In this document: in pieces, positions 12,376 through 26,553 of the stretch | How positions within the stretch are numbered: position 1 is the stretch's first letter | Layout of the letters: each line of letters begins with the position of its first letter | Origin: Eledone cirrhosa | Lineage: Eukaryota | Length of the DNA: 64,000 nt | Assembly: GCA_964016885.1 (NCBI GenBank) | Contig: OZ024744.1 | Location: 79,794,001 to 79,858,000, forward strand | Direction of reading: 5' to 3' | The notes under the pieces: model-generated | What the model was told of the DNA's origin: nothing | The model's input: the letters and a program-made list of their open reading frames with translations, nothing else | Database searches by the model: none | Translations under genes and position numbers: made by a program

Positions 12376-14305
12376 CATAGTCTTGAAAGAACACATGCAC
12401 ATTCTGTGATATTGTTAAACAATATTGAAGACAAGGGGATGGGGTGGGGGACAACACCAAAACATGAGGTCCGTCTGCCACGCTCCTCTTATATTAACAA
12501 TATTTTGTCTAATAAAACAAAAAAAAAAATAATAACATAATAATAAATAATATTAATAATAATAATAATCTACTTCTTATTGGTAATTCATTTTTCTCTT
12601 TTTTTCTTCTTTTTTTTTTTTTTACTTGGCACAAAGCCAAAATTTTTCGAAGAACTAACTATATAGTGCGACACAGTCTTTCTGCAGCTCGTCTCTTTGA
12701 CCTAACTACAGTCCTGGGTCAAGTACAGACAGAGGTCAGCCGTTTTTTTTTTTTGGGCTTTGTTTTTTTGTCATCTGAAATATGCTCATTGCATTCTTCC
12801 AATTGGACATCACGGTGGCTAGTGAAAAGACAACTGTTACATATTTTATAGGTTAGTGAATGGTTTGTGGAGGTGGAATGATGGTGGGGTGAAGGTCAGT
12901 GAGCTGATGAACTGGGAATGATTTGGGGCGTCAACTAGGATGGACAATCTGAGTAAGACTCAAGACTTGTCGTTAGCCTTTGGTGCTTGCAGGTGGATGG
13001 GTTGGTGGTGGTGGTGTGTGCGTGTGTGTGTGTGTGGGGGGGGGGGGTTAAGAACATTCTGGGTGAGCACAGAACATGTTTCAGGAGGGCTTTTTTTTTA
13101 TTTTTTTTATTTGAGGCATTGAAAAATAAGGGGGCAGTTCCATTCAGTGCTCTCCTCATATCTCCCCACGTCTAGCGGCAGGCACTTAGTAGGCTCTTTC
13201 TGGAAAAATTTCAGGCTATGAGGAGGTGGGGCAAATGGGGTAGTGTGGTACGTGTTTCGGAGTAACCTCTACAGTCATGGCTGTCAGTATCTGGACATGT
13301 CCAGGACAGATATAGTGTGATGAAACCATCTGGCACACTCATTTAGTTTCCATGCATTGCTGATTTATTGGTTTATGTTCAACAACTGTTATCACACCAC
13401 AAACAGCACACTTCCGGTTATCAGGCAAGTCTATAATGAAGACAGAGAGCCATGAACAACTCACTTTTCAAAAAGAAGAGTGTGTAATCTTTGTCTGGTA
13501 GACGGAAACTGAAAGGTTTGCGGATAGAGTCTCTCCGCTCAGACCAAGCCCTCATCACCTACCTCTTCAAGTACCACTTGAAGAGGTAGGTGGGGCTCAA
13601 AAGAGAAGTGTTACCCTTCATAAATTTTAATTATGAAAGGTGTGTAAGAGTAGCAAAACTGATGTGGTTAAATGAGCCTACTCTAGCTATGTGAAGCGCT
13701 GGATTAATCATTAAACAAAATAAGCACAAGCTTAGATCACCAGGGAAAGAACAACACCATTCTATCCAAATTACTGTATATATTCATATGTAGGCTAAGG
13801 AAAAAAACGCTGGTAGAGTGGTGGGGTGATAGAGACATGTTTATATTTGGGGCCAATATTTTGACGATTTTTCAACAACTTCAAAATCTACGTAAATAAG
13901 GTTTGGATTTTTGTCAATTTCTCAGTCATGAAATAGTGGGATCAACTTATCACAGAACCTGCAGTGATAGGAATGAAAAGCAAAGTTGACTCTTGTATAA
14001 TTTGAACCCAGAACCATAAAGTAACCAAAACAATTGTTTCTAACAGTCATGGGAGTAGAAATTTAAGGAGAAGGAAACAGTTGTTTATATCAACTCCAGT
14101 ATATGACTGGTACTTTATTTATTAATCCCGAAAGGATGAAAGACAATGTTGACCTTGGCAGGATATGAACACAAAATGCAAATGGTCAGTCTGAATATTG
14201 CAAGGCATCTCTTTCCAATGCTCTAATGATTCTGCCAACCTACTACACTTGTCAAACTCTTTTAATCCTTTTACTACCAAAACTTCCTGTAACTGCCTCT
14301 GGTTC

Positions 14306-16350
14306 TCATCATCATCATCTTCATCTTCATCTTCATTTAACGTCCATTTTCCACGTTAGCATGGGTTAGACGGGAGTTGTCCCACTTGAGGCAAGGTTGG
14401 TCGGGTGACCGTGTCTCGCTCATATAGGACTATCTGGCAGGTTTTCTACGGTTGGATGCCCTTCCTAACACCAACCACATTTACAGTGTGGGACTGGGAA
14501 CTTTATACCGTGTTACCTACACGACCACATTACAGCGTGGACTGTGTTTTTTTTTGTCGTGACACCTACACGATCTCGATCTCATTTTCTCGTGCTGTTG
14601 GTGGGAGTGGGAGGATAGAGTAGGAGTAGTGGATTGGGGTGTATATTTGGTTAAGAGGTGCCTACTGACTGTAGGTTTCGCTTTGTACATAGGCAAGGCG
14701 TAACTACCATCAATTTTGATCGCCCTGCACTTTTTTATACAGCTGTCGTTTTTCATGCGCATCACGTGACTATACCAACGTAGTCTTCTCTCAAGTAAAC
14801 AGCATCTGATCCCTCTTATTCCTAATTTCTCACTTAGTTCATTTATGCTTTGCCGTTCACGTATATTACTATTACACATCCAACGGAGCATGCATGCTTC
14901 GTTCCAGTCTACGCAGGTCCTCTGCACGTAATGCCCATGTCTCACTGTCATGTAGCATTGCTGTTCGTATACAGGCATCATACAATCTGCCTTTCATTTT
15001 TAAAGAGAAACCTTTTGTGGCCAACAGTGGTATAAGCTCTCTGAACTTTTTCCATCCCGTTCTGACTCTGGCTACTGTACTTTCAGAACACCCTCCACCA
15101 CTGCTGATTTCGTCACCCAGGTAACAGAAAGTGTCTACTATTTCTATAGAACCATCTGGGCAATAGAAGGAGCTAGTATCCTTTGGACACTTGTTACTTA
15201 TTGCACCTGAGCATTGGCCACATATAAAGTCTACGTTCTTAGATAGTTTACCTGTGATCCCACTACATCTTTTATGTACCCATACTTTGCATTTAGGACA
15301 TAAAATGGAATTTCTGCCTACTCCTTTCCTACACACTGAGGGCACCTGTGTCCTATTTTCCTTTCTACAAACTAGAACTTTAGTCTTAGACAAGTTAACT
15401 TTAAGGCCTTTTGGTTCTAGGCCATGCTTCCATGTTTCAAATTTCTTCTCTAGTTCACCCATTGATTCAGCTATGAGCATTAGATCATCTGCGTATAGGA
15501 GTTCCCATGGGCAGCCGGTCTTGAACTCCTCTGTTATAGCCTGAAGGGCAATAATAAATAAGAGGGGGCTAAGGACAGAGCCTTGATGAACGCCAACTTT
15601 TACACTAAATTCTTCACAATATTCATTGTTAATTCTAACCTTACTGACTGTTTCATTATACATGGCTTGTATAGCTCTCACAAGCCATTCATCTACACCT
15701 AGTTTTCTAAGAGTCCACCAGATAATGGAGCAGGGGACTCTGTCAAAAGCCTTCTCCAGGTCTACAAAAGCTAAGTAGAGGGGTTTACTTTTAGCTAGGT
15801 ACTTTTCTTGTAGTTGTCGTACAAGGAAAAGAGCGTCTGTGGTACTTTTACCTGACACAAACCCAAACTACATTTCATCTAGATCAATTCGCTCTCCGAT
15901 TAGTAGCGTTATAACTCTTTCTGTGACCTTCATAACCTGGTCAACTAACTTAATGCCTCTATAGTTTCCCCTATCTAGCGCATCCCCTTGTAGCAGTTAA
16001 TGATGATGCTGCTACGCCAGTCTTTCGGTATGACCCATTCTGTATTAGTTGGTCAACTATACGGGTGACCATAGTGTGTCCCACCAAACCAGATGCCTTC
16101 AACATCTCAGCAACTATCTCCGAAGGCCCAGCTGCCTTGCCTGTCTTCATATCTTTGATTGCCTTACTTATTATACTACCTTTAACTTGCACCGCTGGTC
16201 CTTCTATTGGATCGATTTGGGGTAGACTATCTTTTTCCCATTTATTCTCCTCATTTAATAGTCTCTCGTAGTGACACTTCCAGGCTATCTTCTTATCAGT
16301 ATCAGTGAGCCCAAGTACACTGTTATTATTACGGACACACTTCTCCCCGA
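14306..16350 (-). mobile_element. RTE LINE family B, 5'-truncated, with RT domain and long 3' UTR
   Basis: ORF 14872-15858 has FVDLEKAFDRV, GVHQGSVLSPLLF, LLYADD, YLGD and a C-x2-C zinc-finger-like insert; about 400-bp 3' UTR ending in an (ATG)-type tail at about 14306-14340. Confidence 0.93.
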
Positions 16351-16833
16351 CAATTATACAAAACTGTTTGTTTTAAAACGTTTATATTCAGCATGTAAGG
16401 AAATACACCCAACTGTAGAAACCCTGCCAAAATATGGAACAGATGAGCAAGACATGCTCACCTGACCTGTATAGCCTCAGAATGTGACAACCTGTCCAAC
16501 CCATGCCAGCAGAGAAAGCAGACATAAAAACGATGATCCATTTAAAAACCTCCTATCATAAGAACCTTTAAGTTATATTCCAAACACCAGGTTAATTATG
16601 AGAAAGTTATTACTAAACCCTTCCAAATTCTTGATTATATTTAAGACTACTTGAAAATCATAGGCAGTGTCTTTCATTAGCAATATGGTAATGAAAGGGT
16701 TATTTGTGATTTCTTTTTTTATTTTTTATTTAATTTAATTTAATTTATTTATTTTTATTTTTACTAAAGACTGTTTCTTTTGTTCAGAAATATTACAATT
16801 GATTCTACGAAGTTATTGGTATTTATTTCATGA

Positions 16834-17170
16834 ACCCTTGAGCAATGAAAGGTAAAGTTGAACCTAGTAACATTTGAACAGGGGACAAAGTATGATACTA
16901 AATACTTTATGTAATCATCTACCCTTGAGCAACAAAAGGTAAAGTTGATCATAACTAAATTTGAACAAGAAACAAAGCATGATACTAAATACATTATACA
17001 TTTTAAATCACCTATCTTTGAGCAACAGAAGGCAAAATTGATCCTAGTAAAATTTGAATAGGAAACAAAGTATGATACTAAATAATATGTGTAGTAAATC
17101 CCCTATCCAAAAGGCAAAGTTGATCCTAGTAAAATTTGAACAGGGATCATAAAGAATGGTGCTAAATATG
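16834..17170. repeat. About 90-bp degenerate tandem repeat, about 4 copies, derived from a SINE family 1 fragment
   Basis: Units of cttgagcaa...aaaggcaaagttgatcctagtaaaatttgaacagg...tatgatactaaata. Confidence 0.7.
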
Positions 17171-17758
17171 GTATATACATATTATTAATCACCTAGTTCT
17201 TCAACTGCAGTTTCTGCCATACTTTTCATGATTCTCTACATTGGAATAAAACTGCAAATATTAATGTAAAGGTTGTGTGTGCGTGTGAGCGAGCGACATA
17301 GACACTACTATGGGTGGGGTGGGTCATAGTCAATTGCATTGAAACTACTGTAGGGGTAGGTATATCATCACCATTACTTAATGTCTATTTGCCAGACTTG
17401 CATGAATCAGACAGGTTGTCATATTCTGAAGCTAGACAGGTCAGGTGACCATATCTTGCTCATGCATTCCATTTTTAGCATAGTTTCTATGACTGGATGC
17501 CATTCCTAATGCCAACCACTTTACAGTGTGTACTAGGAATATTTTGTTGTAGTGAGAGCATTACCACCTTACTGTGTGGACTAGATGCTTTTTTTTTATT
17601 GGGTCACTGGCACTACTACCTTATAGAGTGAAAACTGATTTCTTTTTTATTATGGCACCAACAATACCCACTATATAGAATGGGCTGGGTACATATTATC
17701 ATACCATCAATCAAATAAATTCAGACAACCAGTAGAGGTGGTTGTATAAACAACTGAA

Positions 17759-17789
<31 letters not shown>

Positions 17790-18929
17790 AGTCATGGTGG
17801 TGATAAAGATGAAGATAATGATGATGATTAAGCTAATGATGATGAGGATGATAAAGGGCTGAGAAAATGTTGATTGAGGCAGATTTCCAGCGTGGAACTA
17901 AATGCTGTTAGACAATTAACAGTTATGTATTCTACTATTTCTACCATTCCACAGTAACTTTACTTAAAATGGTAGATTTTATCCATTGCCTGGACCACCA
18001 CCTAGTCCTCAGTTGTCTTTAGAGAACTTCCATCATAGGAACCTTTGTTAAGTTATGTTCCAAACACCAGCAAGCTAATAAAATAAGGGTTGATTGTTTT
18101 CAAAATTATTTGAAAACCAGAAGCAGTGTCTTTTATGAAAAATATGGTAATGAAAGGATTAACTGACTTCACCCATCATCTGGTTTAACACAATCAGAAC
18201 CATGGTTGTTTTTTGAGGAGTCCACTTAGGGGGCCAGGAGACTGGTTTGAGAATATCTTACTCTTACTACTCCCCTCTTCCCACCAATTCACAGATATTT
18301 TTGAAAGAAGTCATGGGCTCCACCCTTCTTCCCTTGACTAATTCATTAAAACAAAACAAACACACAAACAAACAAACCCCAAAGCAGTAACAATCATCTC
18401 TAGTCTTGGCATATAGCCAATGTTTCTTAAGATAATAGTCATCAATTGATCTACTTTGTTATGTATTAATCATACTTCAAACTGACTATAGAAGGCTGAA
18501 AAACAAACAGACGTTACTGATCGTCACAAAATTTAATTAATTTTCGAGTGGCTGAATTAGTAGAGCATCAGACAAAAAATGTTTTGTGCTATCAGTTCTG
18601 TATGGGCAAGACACGGTCATCTGACCTGACTCGACCCACAACGGGACAACTTGTCTAACTCATACTAGTGTGGAAAAATGAATGTTAAATGGTGATGATG
18701 ATGATGATGTTGACGATGATGATGATAATGAAGTATTTTCTGGCTCAGAAGAGGAAGGCCAGCTTTGTGGTACAGATCTTACTATGTTGAGGATGTGAGT
18801 TTGTCAGAAGAGACCCTTGGTGATAGCGAGGCCTAGGATTTGCAGCAATCACAACAGTTCTAGCTGTGTGAGCCATTCATGTTAAAGAAGGGTGATGTAT
18901 GAAGATATTTGTTTAATACCTGCAGTGAT

Positions 18930-19575
18930 TACAAAGTCAGAAAACAGCACAGCTCCCATGACTTTCACACTTAGAGTTGCTGAAGCATGGAACAAACTGC
19001 CTGCGTCAGTTGTTAGCTGCCGAGACACATTGGCCTCCTGGAAACTGTTCAGAGACGTGCAACCAAGTGCATACCCTCCATCAGACACCTACCATACTCT
19101 GAACGCCTTGCTTCCCTGGGGCATGGATTCATTGAAGCTCCAACGTCTGGCAATGGACTTGGTAAACACCCACAAAGTTATTAACCATCTCGCCAACAAC
19201 AACCCTGAGCACCTTTTTGACCTCCATGTGTCTAACACACGTGGACATGCCTACAAAATCAGAAAACAGCACAGCTCCCATGACTTTCAGAAACATTTTT
19301 TCACGCTTAGAGTTGCTGAAGCATGGAACAAACTGCCTGGGTCAGTTGTTAGCTGCTGAGACACTGCATCCTTTAAAACTCTCATGCTTCCCGAAATTCG
19401 CCAGAACTACACCTGATGTACCCCTTCCATACACATGCACACGTGTATATCATGACTCATGCACTGTTTATTTTCCTGACGTTTGTACATTACCCTATGT
19501 ACTAACATACACTTTTTGATGAGTTGTAGTGCACCTGAGCACTGTACACAATATTTTTATTATTCATTATTATTA
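18930..19575 (+). mobile_element. CR1/L2-clade LINE 3' end with (ATT)n tail
   Basis: TRGHAYKIRKQHSSHDFQKHFFTLRVAEAWNKLPGSVV is the typical CR1 C-terminal motif; the 3' UTR recurs inverted at 42362-42530. Confidence 0.88.
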
Positions 19576-20359
19576 TGTCTTTGTAGTGTTGATGGAGATG
19601 AGATTGTAATGACCCACTCAACTTCGCCCATTGGCGTATATTTTAAATATGTCTGTCTATTCATGGACTCGGTGAAGATTTGATGCAAAATGTCTAGGTT
19701 GTATTTGGCTGATGCTTGGGTGTGGAAGAAAGTTAGGGAGGAGTCAAGGATGGATGTGAAAGTAAGCAATTTGTAGATTATACAGGGTCACAAAAAAGAC
19801 CCCCTTCTGTCACGAATGACCAGAGTTGTGCACCTAAAATGTTCCCCTCTGAAGCACAAGCCTGAGCAAGGAATTTTTGTGGAGGACCAGCAGTCTCCCA
19901 TACATACTAATTTCCCCTTTCCATACCACCAATGTTTGGCACCAATGACATTGCAATTTATTTTTACAGCTGAGTGAACTGGAGTAACGTGAAATAAAGT
20001 GTCTTACTCAAGAACACAACACACCATACAGTCTGGGAATTAAATTTAATCTCACAATTGTACAACCAACTCCCTAACCACTAAGCCATCACAGTTGTTA
20101 TATATATTAATAGTAATATCAATGAGAGTAAATTTTACTCATTTACTAGGTGTCTAGTACTCTTAAATTCTTTGGTTTGTAAGCAAATTATAACTATATA
20201 TATATTCTTATATTTGGAGATGTCATGTTTCCAATATTGCAGAACAAATACATACATATACATATATATATATATATTTACTCTAGGGTTCTTATATATT
20301 TGATATATATTTATCGTTATCCTCTTTGGATTATAGTCTTCAAATTTATTATTATTACT

Positions 20360-22122
20360 ATATCATCATTCATCATCATCATTTTACGTCCGCTCTTCCC
20401 TGCTTGCAATGGTGGGACGGGTCTTATTCAGCACAGTATCTCTCCACTCGTCACGGTCCCTCGTCATCTCCACCGTGAGCTTCAACGATCTGAGGTCTGT
20501 TCTCACCACCTCCGCCCATGTTTTTCGTGGTCTACCTCTACCACGTCTTCCTTCAAGTGACATTTCCTGGCACTTCTTCACCCATCGGTCATCCTCCATG
20601 CGCATCACATGTCCGTATCACCTCAGTCTCCTCTCCCGTACACTACATTCTATCCCTCTCAGACATAGTTTCTCTCTCAACACATTTATGCTGGGTCGTT
20701 CACGCACATTTACATTGCACATCCAACGGAGCATGCTTGCTTCATTTCTCTCCAGCCGTCGCATATCCTCTGCAGTTGCTGCCCATGTCTCACTACCATG
20801 CAGCATCACGCTCCTCACACAGGCATCATATAACCGGCCTTTCGTACGCAGGGAGAAACCCTTCTTCGTCAGCAGAGGAAGCAGCTCCCTAAACTTCTTC
20901 CAACTCGTCCTTATTCTAGATACTATGGCCTCGGAACACCCCCCTCCCATGCTAATCTGATCTCCTAGGTACCGGAAGCTATCCACCACTTCTATAGCAC
21001 CCGCCTCCATTTGAAAAAAGTGTCTATCAATGCGACTTCTACTGTCTAATTTCCCTGTACATCTACTGCATACATATTACTCCCTACCCGTTAGTTTGCC
21101 TGCATCTCTTGTGTACCCGGGATCTGTATTGTGTGCATTTTATAGAATTTATGCCAGTTCTTTTTCTGCATATCGAATATGGCCATTTCCCTGACGGAAT
21201 CAGAGTTTTGTCCTCTTTTCTACTCATCAACACTTTTGTCTTAGCTAGGTTCACTCACAGTCCTCTTGCTTCCAACTGCTGTTTCCATAGCCAGAATTTA
21301 TTCTCTAGCTCCTCAACTGATTCTGCTATAAGAGCCAGATCGTCAGCATAGAGAAGTTGCCATGGACAGCCAGTCTTAAACTCCTCTGTTATAGCTTGGA
21401 GGACTATAATGAACAAGAGCGGGCTGAGGACTGAACCTTGATGTACTCCTACTTGTATCTGGAATTCCTCACTAAACTCCATTCCTACCCTGACTTTACT
21501 GACAGTACCCCTGTACAAAATTTGCACTGTCCTCACAAGCCATTCCTCAACACCCAGTTTCTTTAGGGACCACCAGATGACAGATCAGGGTACCCTATCA
21601 AAAGCCTTCTCTAGGTCAACAAAGGCTAAGTATAGTGGCTTATTCTTCTCTAAGAACCTCTCTTGTAATTGTCTCACCAAGAAGAGGGCATCTGTTGTAC
21701 TCTTCCCAGGCACAAAACCAAACTACATCTCATCTAGTTTGACCCTTTCTCTAATTAGTTGTGCTAATATCCTTTCTGCCACTTTCATAACCTGATCCAT
21801 CAGTTTTATACCCCTATAATTGCTTCTCTCCAGAGCATCCCCTTTACCTTTGTAGCAATTTATGAGAATACTGCTGCACCAGTCTTTGGGTATGACACCA
21901 CCATATATAGCCTGATTGATGATGCGTGCAACCAGTTTAGTGCCTACAGCATCTCAGCAACTATTCCCGATGGTCCAGCAGCCTTACCATTTTTCATTTC
22001 CTTAATCGCCTCTTGAACCCTACATTCATCAATCTCAATAGCTGGTCCCGCTGTCGGATCTACTAAGGGTAATTTCTCTCTCTCCCATTCGTTCTCCACA
22101 TTCATCAGTCTCTCATAATGTT
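20360..22122 (-). mobile_element. RTE LINE family A, 5'-truncated copy (about 1.76 kb), with frameshifts
   Basis: KAAGPSGIVAEML, GVHQGSVLSPLLF, YADD, FRYLGD, ...LNKTRPTIASREERT* then (ATG)n; highly similar to 4753-5768. Confidence 0.93.
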
Positions 22123-22129
22123 TAACGTG

Positions 22130-23339
22130 CTCTGATGTTGGCTTTGAATAGTTTTTAGGATTCCCCAGTTCAGTAGCCAATATATTAAAAAAAATTGATA
22201 GTTACAACAATAAAGGCTGAACAGAGAACACATTTTTTAACAAACAATAATTTGTACAACCATAATGGAAATTCCAAGTAACAGAAAATATTTAAATTAC
22301 ATTGTTAAAGCCTCAGAGTATACAATATTTTTTGTTCGGCCCTCCGGAGCAAAGATGAAGAGATTGTTTAGCGAGCTCACCCTAGAGCATCCTACATACA
22401 ACTGACCATGGGAGAAGCACTGTTCTCGTAGTTCATCTCATGGAGAAGCTCTGTAGACGTTGACCTCTAGACACTCCTGTCAGGAGTAGGTAAGCTGTAG
22501 TGACTTAGAGGCCTACCACCAATCTCCAGAACACTGTTTTCAAGACAAATGAGTGCCTCATTGAAAACAACATCGTATGTTACGTTCGGATTGTGTCTGC
22601 GTGTGCGGTGGAGGATGTCCTCAGCTAGACTTTCCCGGTGGTTGTTCCACAGTGTGAGAGGGTCGGCGAGATCACAGTTGTGCAGCATAATAGCAAAAAG
22701 TTTTCGCAGCTGAGAAGGGACTTTAGCAGTTGCTGTTACTTGCAGGGTGAGGTACCAATGGCTGTCATCGTGTAACATACCACGCATCTGGCAAGCCAAA
22801 CGGTAAGTGGAACATTGATGGTCATTGATGGTTCTTAGATCTTGGAAAGACTGTGGTCCTCTAACCTCGAACAGTAACAAAGCCGTCTGCGCTTTCGTGA
22901 AATAAATAGGTTTTTGTTTTTGTGTATGCAAAAATATCTGTACACGAATATATATATTAAAATAACAAAGTTTAAGCAAAGAATTGCTGCCTTCACCCTT
23001 AACTAAAAAAAAATCAGTCTGTAAACGCAGAATTAAATATTTCGAAAAACGTTATCTAGTGCAGACAGTCAGACTTACAGAGACATATTATAAGGGCGCT
23101 ACAGTATAGCTATGTATCTATCTAAAAAGACAGACTAAGAAAAAGAGGGGAATCTTGTGCGACGTCATAAGAAAAAGTGAGGAATGACGTATAACCGGAA
23201 GCGTTGACAAAATTCAGTAGACAAAAATACCCTCACTTTTTTACATGGAAAAAGTTACATCTATGGTGCAAATTTGGTGCTGTTTGGTCCAGCCATTTGG
23301 CGGAAAGTTTGTTACATACATACGGCCGTCAGCTTTATA

Positions 23340-23345
<6 letters not shown>
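22130..23345 (-). mobile_element. Helitron, internally deleted non-autonomous derivative
   Basis: ORF 22467-22979 carries the RepHel linker (VRGPQSFQDLRTIN...ACQMRGML.DD.HW...P.QLR.LFAIML). 22300-22430 encodes the Pif1 C-terminus CFSHGQLYVGCSRV...TKNIVY. The minus-strand 5' end tatactataaagctg...ggctggacc is Helitron-like. 3' boundary uncertain. Confidence 0.85.
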
Positions 23346-23367
<22 letters not shown>

Positions 23368-23372
<5 letters not shown>

Positions 23373-23776
23373 ATGTCACTGGATCGAGATCTTTGGCGCT
23401 ATGCAGTTATGCAGAAGACCCGCCTTCCCTTACATACAAACTTAAACCTACAGCCAGAAGGCACCTCTCAACCCAATATACACCCCACCCCACACATCCT
23501 ACTCCATCCTCCCACTTCCATCCACTGTAAAGTGGTTGTGTTGGAGACATGGTAAAAAGCTCCCAGCCCACAATAAAGTGGTCGTGTAGGTGACACAGTA
23601 AAAAGGCTCCCAGTCTACACTGTAAAAGTGGTTGGTGTTAGGAAGGGCATCCAGCTGTAGAAACTGTTCTATACGAGTGAGACACGGTCACCCGACCAAT
23701 CTTGCCTCAAGTGGGACAATTCCCGTCTAGCCCATGCTAGCATGGAAGATGGACATTAAACAATGATTGTGATGAG
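23368..23776 (+). mobile_element. RTE family B extreme 3' end (ORF end plus 3' UTR)
   Basis: MSLDRDLWRYAVMQKTR followed by a UTR homologous to the reverse complement of 14306-14700. Confidence 0.82.
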
Positions 23777-24058
23777 TTCTCTGTGTACTTGTAGCTTAAT
23801 TATTATCAACTAATGTTTTGTCTCTAGTCTCTTACTCCATTGGACAGTGTTTGGCTTATGTTAGACACTGTGACCCCAGGTGGGCCAGCAGTACAATTAG
23901 TATGGGTCGAAACTGCCAAAGTCCACATCAACAGCAACGACCCTGGAGTTCTGTATACTTCATTTGTATTTTTTTTTTTTTTTATAATTTTTTAAGGTTT
24001 CCTCTTAAAAAATTGTTTTTCATTCATTGTCTTGTCCTCACTTTGTTATTTTTCTTAA

Positions 24059-24118
<60 letters not shown>

Positions 24119-24782
24119 CATTGTATTTATGTATTGTTGTTTAATCTAAGTACCAATCCATCTCCTAACCTGAAGAGCAACCCTTTCCCAGCTGAGTACC
24201 ATCCATCTCTCTATTCCACTACTTCGCAATTTCTACCAGATGTCTTGTATTTTATTATTAAGAAAGCAAGATAAATATGCTAGACAGTGGGGAAAGGTGG
24301 TGAGGGACAGAAAGAGGATGGAGTGGTGTGTGAGGAAGAGTGGGGAAGAAGAGGAAAAGACGAAAAAGAGAAAAAAAAGTAAAGAAGGAAGAAAAATATA
24401 AAAGAAGAGGATAAAGGATCCCTTCCTCCCTGCTCACCCCAAAAAGCATGGAGAAGAGGACGAAGAAGGAAGATATTTACTTTTCTACATTACTTTCCCA
24501 AAGACTAAGTTAATATGTAAATAAAGGGAAGCACTACCCCTACCAAAATTTAGTGAGGGTTTTTTTTTTCTTCCAGCTTTTTCATATATACATTAAAACG
24601 GAATTAAGAAACTGAGCCAGAGTGGTAATAGGGGTGGTGGTGGTGGTGTTATCAGTGGTAGCAGGGTAGGAGAATATGTACCATAGTGGAATGGAACCCA
24701 GCTGAATATCTTTGCAGAAATTATATATAAATACATATATATACAAATGTATACATATAAATACACACACACACACACATAC

Positions 24783-24820
<38 letters not shown>

Positions 24821-24866
24821 AAGTGCGTTAGCAGTCAAATGTATTTATACAGCTATAACTTTAAAT

Positions 24867-24902
<36 letters not shown>

Positions 24903-25039
24903 GCATAAATATGTTCCCTTAACTACCCCTTTCTTTTCCAGGCGGTACCCAGTTTGCCGTTGGGTAGGAAAAGTGGAGAATAGATGTTATGATGCAACAT
25001 TAAAACATACTTTATCTTAATAACTGACTCATCCCCCAC

Positions 25040-25078
<39 letters not shown>

Positions 25079-26467
25079 CAGCTCTTGGATAAATGCTGAC
25101 TGCTTGCTGGTTTCTCCCCATTATCTCCAAGAGTTTATCTAGAAAGAATTTTGATCAGTCAACTGGAAACCTATAATCAAATTATAGATAACCCTCTATG
25201 TGTGCATATGTGTGTGTATCTGTGTGTGTGTGTGTGTATCTGTGTGCATGTGTGCGTGTGTGGGAATATGTGTTAATGAATGCTTCCATATGTATACATT
25301 TGTATTATCCTGTATAGGTGTATGCAAATGAATGTGTGTGTGTGTTTGTGTGAGTGCATGTGTGAATGCTAGCATATGTGTATATTTGTATAAATCTGTA
25401 TAAGTCTATGTAATAGAAGCATATGTGTGTGTGCGTGTGTGTGTGTGTGTGTGAATACGTGTTAATGAATGCTAGCATATTTGTATGTAAATTAAGCATT
25501 GTGTGGTGTGTGTGTGCGAATATGTGTTAATGAATGCCAGCATATGTGTATGTTTTCATTATTTTATATATAGTTATATGTAAATGATGTGTGTGTCTGT
25601 ATGTATGTATATGTATGTATGTGTGTATACATGTTAATGAATGTTAGTATATGTGCATGTTTGTATAATTCTGTACAGGTGTATGTAAAGGAAGTGTATG
25701 CGTGTGTGTGTGTGTGGTTGCACAGTTATACGTATAGATAATTGTGTTAATGTGGTGTATGTGTGTATATATATGTGGGTGAGCGTATATGTGTAAATAA
25801 CATGTGCAACAGCTTGTGAGTGAATGCTAGGGAATATATGTGATTGTGTGTGTGTCCTTCTGTATGTGTGTGTAATAAAAACAATTTAAAAATGTCTACT
25901 ATGAAATACACCCATGTTATGTTCATCTTAGAATGGCCTCTTATACCAAAGAATTAAAATTAAAATTAATTAAAAAAAAAAAATACATGGTGGTGCCACA
26001 GTATGGCCTCAGCCTGTCGGCAGGAACATGTAATAGAGTAATAGAAGTAGTTGAGAAAATTTAATTTAGAATTATTCTAACTGGAAGAAGAAAAAAAAAA
26101 AAGTCACTAAGTGGATTTGGGTGGAATTGAACAGAGAATGTAAAATAACATTACCAAGTACGACAAGGTATTTTGACTGACAATTTACCTCTCCTACCAC
26201 TCTCCACACTTCATTGTCATTGTAACATATCACAGCTGTGTAACATCACATCACAGCCGTGTAACACACCACATCAATGTAAGACAGGCATAACTAGGGT
26301 ATGACAAGCATGGCACATACCACATGAAAGGGGGTGTCACTTGGACTAGGAGCACTTTCTCTTAAAGTCAGATAAGCTATCGTCAGAGAGTGAAAACAGA
26401 AAACAGAGATACTGTGCTGAGAAGGACCTGTCCAACCCATGCAAGCATGGAAAAACGGATGTAAAAA

Positions 26468-26508
26468 CAATGATGATGAATATGGTGGTGGTGGTGATAA
26501 TGATGGTA

Positions 26509-26553
<45 letters not shown>

